DNA from: Oculatellaceae cyanobacterium bins.114
Lineage (GTDB): Bacteria > Cyanobacteriota > Cyanobacteriia > Elainellales > Elainellaceae
Assembly: GCA_033764315.1 (NCBI GenBank)
Contig: JANRJA010000071.1
Span: forward strand, 1-11,122
Direction: 5' to 3'
DNA length: 11,122 nucleotides
The position numbers and the translations under genes were made by a program. The notes beneath the pieces are model-generated. The model worked only from the letters and a program-made list of their open reading frames with translations. It had not been told where the DNA came from and did no database searches. Within the stretch, counting starts at the first letter, position 1. Every line of letters starts with the position of its first letter. Shown here piece by piece: positions 1 through 5,753 of the stretch.

Positions 1-307
1 GGCTAGAGTTGCAGGTAGCCAAGAATTGCTCTACGAAAAGCTGGAATTCAGGTAATGGCAGTACAGAGCGTGCATCATCCTCCAAGTAAGGACGAATTTG
101 CTCCAATAACTGCGATCGCTGCTCCAAGTAGGGAGCTTCAACCTGCCGTATTTGCATTACCTGTTGAGCGATACGGCTATAAAGCTCCATCAATTGTTCA
201 TCAACCACAGCATCACACTGGACCTGCATAGCATGGTGAACCGTAAGGAGATGAGCGAAAAAGTCAGACATCATTTTGACCAACAGACTAAGAGGCACAA
301 TCAGCAT
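1..307 (-). CDS. Hypothetical protein, 3'-truncated by the window edge; probable paralog of the 307..1017 gene
   Basis: Hand translation (not in the ORF track): open frame from ATG 307 (TGATG overlap with the upstream stop) or ATG 274/271 to the edge: (MLIVPLSLLVK)MMSDFFAHLLTVHHAMQVQCDAVVDEQLMELYSRIAQQVMQIRQVEAPYLEQRSQLLEQIRPYLEDDARSVLPLPEFQLFVEQFLATCNSS... It shares a 21-aa motif with the upstream gene. Confidence 0.8.
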   Translation of the reverse strand, partial: MLIVPLSLLVKMMSDFFAHLLTVHHAMQVQCDAVVDEQLMELYSRIAQQVMQIRQVEAPYLEQRSQLLEQIRPYLEDDARSVLPLPEFQLFVEQFLATCNSS

Positions 308-1017
308 CAAGTATGCACTTGGGTAAATGTAGAGAGGAGTTGTTCCAAAGGGGCATCTTTGTGCTGCCAAAACGCCTCAACTCTTGCTTCTAAAGTAAAA
401 GCAAGTGCAGCGTAGCAAATAATGCAACTAGCTTCCTCCAATAGTTGGGGTAGAATGTCACTCTGTTGGGAAATTTGAGTTTCTAATTGTCGAGCAATCT
501 CTTCTTGCTGATTCTTAAAGTCTTGGCTGACAAAATTGAATGGGGAATCATACAACCGTCCCATCTGAACACCTTCAAGATCTGCGGTAAACTCATGCAG
601 GCGAACGGACAGTGCATAACAATAAATCACGCACGCTCTGCCATTCTCCTCTACCCTGCGCTGAGTCGATAGCTCAAAGTCAAAGAGTTCCATCTGCCCG
701 TTGAAGTCGTGAAGATTCCAGTTGTCTGGATCAGAGTCAATGGAAAGTAGTTTAGCTTGGGAGGCTCCACGGAAGTTTTTCAGACAGGTTTGAAAAAAGA
801 GGTGGAAATCGGGCATCGTGAGCACACGAGTGGTATCCGTTTCAATCACCTCATTGCAAAGGGAGAGTTTAGTCACAATGGACGACAGGGGAGGTAATGG
901 GGCATCTTGTAGGTCGTCGTTCAGTTGCCAAAGCAATTCCAGTTCAGGATGGAAGCGAGTAACAGAAGCTCGCAGAAAGGATTGATAGATTCCAAACAGA
1001 GGATGGGACTGCAACAT
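307..1017 (-). CDS. Hypothetical protein (236 aa), family not recognised
   Basis: Long ORF with ATG start and natural globular composition; co-oriented with and abutting a paralog. Confidence 0.8.
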   Translation of the reverse strand: MLQSHPLFGIYQSFLRASVTRFHPELELLWQLNDDLQDAPLPPLSSIVTKLSLCNEVIETDTTRVLTMPDFHLFFQTCLKNFRGASQAKLLSIDSDPDNWNLHDFNGQMELFDFELSTQRRVEENGRACVIYCYALSVRLHEFTADLEGVQMGRLYDSPFNFVSQDFKNQQEEIARQLETQISQQSDILPQLLEEASCIICYAALAFTLEARVEAFWQHKDAPLEQLLSTFTQVHT

Positions 1018-1191
1018 ATTCTGAACACTACTGTACAGGGCGTGATCAATTCATAAGCAGCATTCAGAAGTCTGGCATTTCAGTCCAAAACTGCCTGGAT
1101 GGAGAAGGGCTAAGAACATTCCTCTATCACAACTGAGGCATAGCCGGGAGTAACACCAGTCTGGATACTGCACTTGATTTAGTTTTAGAGA

Positions 1192-1236
1192 TGGCAGGTG
1201 CGATCGCCCTCAAATTGTTGAAGGCATCGCCCGTCA
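1192..1236. other. Imperfect GC-rich hairpin containing a HIP1 site, between the 1322..1627 gene and the paralog pair
   Basis: GCGAT-C-GCC-C-TCAA / TTGA-A-GGC-ATCGC arms around an ATTG loop; no clear U-tract. Confidence 0.3.
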
Positions 1237-1321
1237 CCAATGCATTCAGGAGAATAAACAAGTCATAGGAGAGATACAAGGGGTTTTAGAGCGACTTACT
1301 CACGATCTATGACCAATTCAT

Positions 1322-1627
1322 TTAGTCTCGTAGTGAGTCTTGGGGTATGGTCAGGTGCCCTGCTTGTTCAAGTGCTTTAATCTGGTTCAACAGGTCTGCT
1401 TGCCGTAATAGTCGCAACACGTACTGTGGTCGGCGATGAAAATCAGTTCCCCAGTTTTTAATGGTGCCAGCACTTAACCCTGTTGCTTCAGAGAGGACGT
1501 TGATGCAAACCTTTAGATAGCCCTTCCCTGGCTCGGCAGTCACCCAACGTTTGCAATAATCAGTAGGCTCCATTGGAATGTAGCGTAGCCGATCCAGTCG
1601 ATGGGAATAGGGTGATATTTCGGGCAT
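1322..1627 (-). CDS. Small cyanobacterial hypothetical protein, probable HTH-like DNA-binding protein (start 1627 or 1573; the track's 1720 start is probably too long)
   Basis: MEPTDYCKRWV...GYLKVCINVLSEATGLSAGTIKNWG: 'LSEATGLSxxTIxNW' is an HTH-like pattern. It resembles, from memory, small proteins seen next to cyanobacterial CopG-like genes. Confidence 0.7.
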   Translation of the reverse strand: MPEISPYSHRLDRLRYIPMEPTDYCKRWVTAEPGKGYLKVCINVLSEATGLSAGTIKNWGTDFHRRPQYVLRLLRQADLLNQIKALEQAGHLTIPQDSLRD

Positions 1628-1743
1628 CGATCCGGGAAGATTTCTCCAGTTGATTTGGGTTAATGAACGATCGCCTCTACCGCAAAACGATCCACTATCC
1701 AACTTGCTGCACCAAAACATTCCCTGAATTAGGCAGAGAAAAA

Positions 1744-2019
1744 TTACCTGCTCAATCGCAGAGTCAAGTAAAAACTTGTTTTTGTGGTACTTCTACCGTT
1801 TTGTTCAGCAGCAAGCATCAGAGCCAGGCTAGAGCCAAGCATCCAACTTGACAGACAAAACACTACCCAGCGGTTAAACCTTTGCCAGAAAGTCTCTTGT
1901 GCCGCATGATGGGTAAGAACTCCAACCCCAAAAGGGAGGGAGAAATTAAGCCAGTGTGAGACGGCAAATCTAAACACTGGCTTAAGCAAAATGAACATCC
2001 ACCTGGATTCAGGTGGCAT
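1744..2019 (-). CDS. Possible small hydrophobic protein, or simply a long 5' leader
   Basis: 91-codon ORF with two hydrophobic stretches; its ATG lies about 7 nt downstream of the predicted -10 box. No recognisable family. Confidence 0.25.
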   Translation of the reverse strand: MPPESRWMFILLKPVFRFAVSHWLNFSLPFGVGVLTHHAAQETFWQRFNRWVVFCLSSWMLGSSLALMLAAEQNGRSTTKTSFYLTLRLSR

Positions 2020-2074
2020 ATACCACCTTATAAGTCAATTCTCTGGCTCCGTCAATAGGTGGCATATGTCACCT
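1999..2074. promoter_or_regulatory. Operator array: AGGTGG-N6-(C/T)CACCT palindromes, probable RHH binding sites
   Basis: AGGTGGCATATACCACCT (2011-2028) and AGGTGGCATATGTCACCT (2057-2074), 16/18 identical. An extra half-site CCACCT (1999-2004) forms CCACCTG-GATT-CAGGTGG (1999-2016). Confidence 0.75.
2027..2055 (-). promoter_or_regulatory. Sigma70-like promoter firing leftward
   Basis: TTGACG (2055-2050), 17 nt, TATAAG (2032-2027); bracketed by the two palindromic operators. Confidence 0.55.
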
Positions 2075-2099
2075 GCCACTGACGTTAGCGGACGAAGCT

Positions 2100-2333
2100 A
2101 TGGCAAAGAAGGGGCATAAGAGCCGTAAAGGGGTTGGCGAATTTTATGATGAGGTCAAGGTAGACACTTTGCTGTCCTTAACACCAACAGCAAGAGAAAG
2201 CCTGGACCAGCAGGCTAAATCAATCGGTATCAGCCGCAGCGAAGTTGTAGAACGTCTTGCTCGTGGACTGATTGCGCCTCCCGGAACAGTGCCCTTATCT
2301 AAAGAGGAGAAACTTAGCCTGGGAAAATTCTGA
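2100..2333 (+). CDS. Ribbon-helix-helix (CopG-like) transcriptional regulator
   Basis: Basic N-terminal tail, a beta strand (TLLSLT), helix A (PTARESLDQQAKSIG) and helix B (ISRSEVVERLARG); typical cyanobacterial CopG/RHH_1 pattern. Confidence 0.85.
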   Translation: MAKKGHKSRKGVGEFYDEVKVDTLLSLTPTARESLDQQAKSIGISRSEVVERLARGLIAPPGTVPLSKEEKLSLGKF

Positions 2334-2503
2334 CGCAGGCGATCGCTCAAGCCGAAGCTGAATTGGCGGAATCAACTGAAGCAGGTTTATTGGAAGACCA
2401 ATCAGCAGAGGGCGATTCTCCTGCATCCCCCCTTAACGAGCGTGCCATTGGGTTACGGCGGCAAATCGAGCAATGGCAGCAGATCCTACAGAAGCTGGAA
2501 TAG
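2318..2503 (+). CDS. -1 frame extension of the RHH gene (58 codons after the slippery site; predicted 134-aa transframe product)
   Basis: The -1 frame opens after TAG 2315-2317 and reads GK-ILTQAIAQAEAELAESTEAGLLEDQSAEGDSPASPLNERAIGLRRQIEQWQQILQKLE, ending TAG TGA. It has no ATG or GTG. G_GGA_AAA is at 2321-2327. Confidence 0.6.
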   Translation, partial: PGKILTQAIAQAEAELAESTEAGLLEDQSAEGDSPASPLNERAIGLRRQIEQWQQILQKLE

Positions 2504-2522
2504 TGAATAGCTCAACTGATTC

Positions 2523-2546
2523 ACCTTATAGAGCCAGCTATAGGGT
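2523..2546 (+). terminator. Hairpin downstream of the RHH extension
   Basis: ACCTTATAG-agccag-CTATAGGGT (9-bp stem, one G-U); no U-tract. Confidence 0.3.
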
Positions 2547-2678
2547 AAGAGGCTTGGGTACTGTTTACAGAGCGAATGGGGAGGCTAAATAGGCTTTTGC
2601 CACATCTGAACCTGACGATTATTTTTCTATGTCGGAAGCTTTATCGTTACAATCAAGTAGCAGTAAGCTTTTCAGAGG

Positions 2679-2856
2679 TTCTCAAATTATGCTCACTTTA
2701 TGGCTTGTATTTTGAATGATGCTCACATTATGCTTGTTTTGGGCGAAACCGACTAGAATTTGAGATCGGAGAGATAGGGATTTCAGGCTCCCAGTTCTCT
2801 GGATTATGCTCAACTTATGCCTTGTAGCCTGCTCAACTTATGGTTGTGTGCTCAAC
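2679..2856 (+). repeat. Cluster of direct repeats TGCTCA(A/C)NTTATG, possible mobile-element end
   Basis: Copies at 2679-2691 (TTCTCAAATTATG), 2690-2702, 2720-2732, 2807-2819, 2830-2842, and a partial copy at 2849-2856. Four are followed by TTGT within 1-2 nt. Confidence 0.75.
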
Positions 2857-3101
2857 GCTCGTCAGGCTTTAGAGTTTCAAATGAATAAGGACTGTCAGGA
2901 GGATCAACCAGTAACTTTAGGGCTTTTAGGACAGCTTCTTCTAGTTCAAGAACAACACAAGGACGAAAGTGTTTGGAGCAAGCATTAGCTTTAGCCCAAA
3001 ATTTAGAGATGGAAGAAAATGTAAAACAGCTTCAGATCATAATTGATAGATTTGAGATAGCTGTGCAAACTATGGAATTAATGATTAGGCAATCAGCGTA
3101 A
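2857..3101 (+). pseudogene. 5'-truncated, frameshifted TPR-like gene remnant
   Basis: One frame reads ARQALEFQMNKDCQEDQPVTLGLLGQLLLVQEQH. After a -1 shift near 2955-2960 it reads QGRKCLEQALALAQNLEMEENVKQLQIIIDRFEIAVQTMELMIRQSA*. Joined, this gives a TPR helix pair (TLxxLGxL...CLEQALALA). Confidence 0.6.
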
Positions 3102-3204
3102 TCTTTAATATGATTGCCTCTGCAATTCTGAAAGTCTTGCTACAACAGCCGAGAGTCAAGTACGGTGATAGGATGTGCGATCGCCCTTCCAATACAGCCG
3201 AAAA

Positions 3205-4158
3205 TCACGAAGCAATCTTCCAATAATTGCGATGCCATTTTAAGGCATCAATTCTCGGTTGATACTCTAGTTGAGTTGGCATCAGGATTTGGTTTCCATG
3301 AAAGTCTCGGATTGACTTTGTAGCTATTGGAGTCTCTTCATAAAAGCGATCGTTAGGTACAACAATTCTGTAGCTGTCATCGATGCCAAACCAACCGTGG
3401 TCAAACGCCCAATGATGGTTTTTGCAGAGAGAAATACCATTATCAAAGCGATCGTCCCAAAATTCAGAAAACGGCTTGATGTGTGCGCCATCTACAATAT
3501 TCTGATTATCCTGGCTAATCACTTTTAGTTTACAGAAAACGCAACGCTGTTTGTAGAGAGAGACGACCACTCTTCTAAACGCTGCATTTCTGATAAATAT
3601 TTTCTCTTCATCCTTTAAATCTTCTATCTTATAAACTGCTCCCCCTTGTTCAGCCAGTTTACGCTGGATGTTTTCAAATTCGTCCACTTCATAGAGTTTT
3701 TGAAGCTGAATCTCTTGATGAGGAAACCATGTTTGAATTAAGATACTTGCAAATTGAAGTCGTGCGGTAGGAGATTGCAATAGCTCAAATAGGTTAGGAT
3801 CGGTATAAGCGTATCTCACCGCATTTCGCAGAACCGATAAGCTTGGTTTGATAGAGGAAAGGTTTCCTTCATAGCTCATATTAGGAGTCAAGTGCCAAAA
3901 TTTATCGCCTGTTAAATGAAAGAACGGAAGCGAAATATTTGACTGATGATGGGTTGTGACTAAATTAGACCAGTACTTTAAAAAGGTAGCAATTAGCTCT
4001 GGAGAAAGATAAACCTGGTTGCTTTCAATCTTTCTCTGTTCAATTAATTCTATAACCGCTAGCAAGAGGATTGGTTTGTGCGGAGCGTTCACTCCCCTAT
4101 TTCGGTTAACATTGAGCTTTGCAAATTTTTTAGCGTAGTAATTAAAGTCTTTTTTCAT
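3205..4158 (-). CDS. SBD-HNH endonuclease: putative phosphorothioated-DNA-binding type IV restriction enzyme
   Basis: N-terminal sulfur-binding-domain motifs APHKPILLL and LPFFHL. C-terminal HNH domain: RNAAFRR, CVFC, DGAHIKPFS, NGISLCKNHHWAFD. Confidence 0.9.
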   Translation of the reverse strand: MKKDFNYYAKKFAKLNVNRNRGVNAPHKPILLLAVIELIEQRKIESNQVYLSPELIATFLKYWSNLVTTHHQSNISLPFFHLTGDKFWHLTPNMSYEGNLSSIKPSLSVLRNAVRYAYTDPNLFELLQSPTARLQFASILIQTWFPHQEIQLQKLYEVDEFENIQRKLAEQGGAVYKIEDLKDEEKIFIRNAAFRRVVVSLYKQRCVFCKLKVISQDNQNIVDGAHIKPFSEFWDDRFDNGISLCKNHHWAFDHGWFGIDDSYRIVVPNDRFYEETPIATKSIRDFHGNQILMPTQLEYQPRIDALKWHRNYWKIAS

Positions 4159-4159
4159 C

Positions 4160-4555
4160 GCTTGTGATTAAGTCCCTCACAGCCATCTCCAAAATACGCG
4201 AGGGAATCTTAAAATCTATCAGCTTGTTAGATTTCTTTAACCAAGTGTTTGCATTTGATTTACCAGTGCTTAGTCAATACTGCCAACACTACTGGGACTA
4301 AAGCCTTGCTGATCTCATAGGGCACGCTCAAAACGGAAGATTGTCATTGTCACAACCTGGAAATTCTTTAAAGAGATGGCGCGATATCACAAGCTACTCG
4401 ATCGTAATCAGAATGGAACTTTATCTCAAGTTGATAACGCTCAAAAAGTTTGCGTAGTGGGTTTCTCAGGTAGAGGGCTTGTGAGATGGTTTTTGCCATC
4501 TCAAGGGCATGTTGTTGCAAGCGTTGACAGACTCACCTGAAAGATCTCTCAGGTA
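4160..4555. repeat. Dense cluster of short direct and inverted repeats upstream of the HNH gene
   Basis: GCTTGTGA..GCCATCTC at 4160-4189 and 4477-4502, with an inverted copy at 4373-4394. Also TGAGATGG-N6-CCATCTCA 4482-4503, TTATC-N7-GATAA 4421-4437, ACCTGA-N8-TCAGGT 4535-4554, and TCTCAGGTA at 4464 and 4547. Confidence 0.6.
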
Positions 4556-4631
4556 AAAGGTTTAGCCTTTATCGGGTTTCTATATTGGACTCCGGCAACG
4601 GGGTTGTAATGGGCGTCAGCGCAAAGCGAAC

Positions 4632-4785
4632 TAGAAACGACACAGATCAAAATAGAAACGACGCAGTCAAAAACTCAATTGGCACTACCAAAAATAGAAA
4701 CGACGCAGATCAAAATAGAAACGACGCAATCAAAAATTAAAGCGATATAGCCAAAAGTAGAAATGACGCATATCAAAATAGAAAT
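4632..4785 (+). repeat. 21-bp tandem repeat array (7 full units plus a partial) with 63-bp higher-order period
   Basis: Units start at 4632, 4653, 4674, 4695, 4716, 4737, 4758 and 4779. Consensus TAGAAACGACGCAGATCAAAA. Units 3 and 6 are divergent but exactly 21 bp. Confidence 0.92.
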
Positions 4786-4937
4786 TTAAAGACTCACCAC
4801 TGGGAATTACCGACTCTTGTTTCATCATAAGGAGACTTTTCAGTATCGATACGGAGTTGGAACTGCTTAAACTTTGGGCATTGATAAACTAACGCATTAG
4901 TTGGTGCATTTAGCTGAATCAAAAGGACCCAATCATA

Positions 4938-5387
4938 ATGAATCAAACAATCGATGCAACACTGACTCAGCAGGAAATGGAAGATATCATTACTGCTCTT
5001 AAAACCATTCGTGAGCAACTGCCCTTAGTGGGTTTATCCACGCAAGAGCGACGCCAGATCACCAAAATGGGGCGCAAAGCTCAAACCTTTACCGTTCGAG
5101 CCCTCAACATGGCAACACAACACCATGACATCATGCCTCGCCACTTAAATGTTGAAGAAGCCCGACGCGACTTAGCCTTATTTGAGGCGTTGAATCCTAT
5201 TCTGCAAGCGGTGAATCACTTACGCGAGTTGCTCGAAGATACACAAATAGTGGCAGGCAGTGAAGCGTATGCTGCTGCACGCTTGGCGTATAACTCGGCC
5301 AAGATGTCTGGAAAAAACTTGGGGCTAGATGAGATTATTGATGATCTCTCTCAGCAGTTTCGTCGCACTCGCAAACCTCAGGAATAA
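4938..5387 (+). CDS. Conserved all-helical hypothetical protein (149 aa)
   Basis: AGGA SD about 11 nt upstream of the ATG. Motifs LSxxERRxxxKMG, MPxHLNVEExRRD and LEDTxxxAGSEAYxAAxxxY resemble, from memory, an uncharacterised family found in cyanobacteria and Bacteroidota. Confidence 0.88.
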   Translation: MNQTIDATLTQQEMEDIITALKTIREQLPLVGLSTQERRQITKMGRKAQTFTVRALNMATQHHDIMPRHLNVEEARRDLALFEALNPILQAVNHLRELLEDTQIVAGSEAYAAARLAYNSAKMSGKNLGLDEIIDDLSQQFRRTRKPQE

Positions 5388-5463
5388 AGGAGTGAGGGAA
5401 CAGGCTCTTCGTCATTAGGAAACCCAATCGTCTCTGTTTAATTAATTGAATAAGTATGGTATC

Positions 5464-5505
5464 AGGCATCTCTCTATCAGAACGGTAAGGAGATGCTTAA
5501 CTTTT
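5464..5505 (+). terminator. Putative intrinsic terminator of the 149-aa gene
   Basis: AGGCATCTC (5464-5472) / GAGATGCTT (5490-5498) stem followed by AACTTTT. Confidence 0.45.
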
Positions 5506-5552
5506 AGGATTGCTGTTTTAGATTATGGCTTTAAATGAATTGAGGTACCACT

Positions 5553-5753
5553 ATGGGTATAAATAGTGTTTGATATCACTGTGTTAAGCCCTGCCTCCAA
5601 TCGACGAATCCGATCGCTTCACCCACAGATCAAGTTTGCTTTGAAGAAGCAGGGAATAGATTAGAAGATTGGTCAACAACCCAAGTAGAAGGGGTGACGG
5701 CAATTGATCGAGTAACGGGAGTTGCCTTGCGCCGTTTGAAATTGGGTGGCTAA
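5553..5753 (+). pseudogene. Possible small gene or remnant interrupted by an in-frame TGA
   Basis: GAGGT SD 6 nt before ATG 5553; MGINSV*YHCVKPCLQSTNPIASPTDQVCFEEAGNRLEDWSTTQVEGVTAIDRVTGVALRRLKLGG*. The final stop overlaps the cbiJ stop. Confidence 0.3.

Noticed and set aside
152-672. Plus-strand ORFs 152..415 and 487..672
   Set aside because: Antisense shadows of the minus-strand paralog genes.
2144-2350. Minus-strand 68-aa ORF (also 1663..1851 + and 4794..5018 -)
   Set aside because: Antisense to or overlapping better-supported genes, with no family features.
2806-2988. 60-aa ORF as an intact gene
   Set aside because: Its N-terminus is translated repeat DNA; the rest is part of the frameshifted TPR remnant.
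1198-3187. 13-bp direct repeat GTGCGATCGCCCT at 1198 and 3175 as att sites
   Set aside because: The core is the abundant HIP1 octamer, so the match is expected in this genome.
4609-4740. ATG-started 43-aa ORF through the 21-bp array (MGVSAKRTRNDTDQNRNDA...)
   Set aside because: It stops inside the array, is low complexity and has no convincing SD; kept only as an alternative explanation of the array.
4632-4785. 21/63-bp array as a CRISPR array
   Set aside because: The variable parts are only about 14-16 nt, the repeats are internally tandem and non-palindromic, and there are no cas genes.
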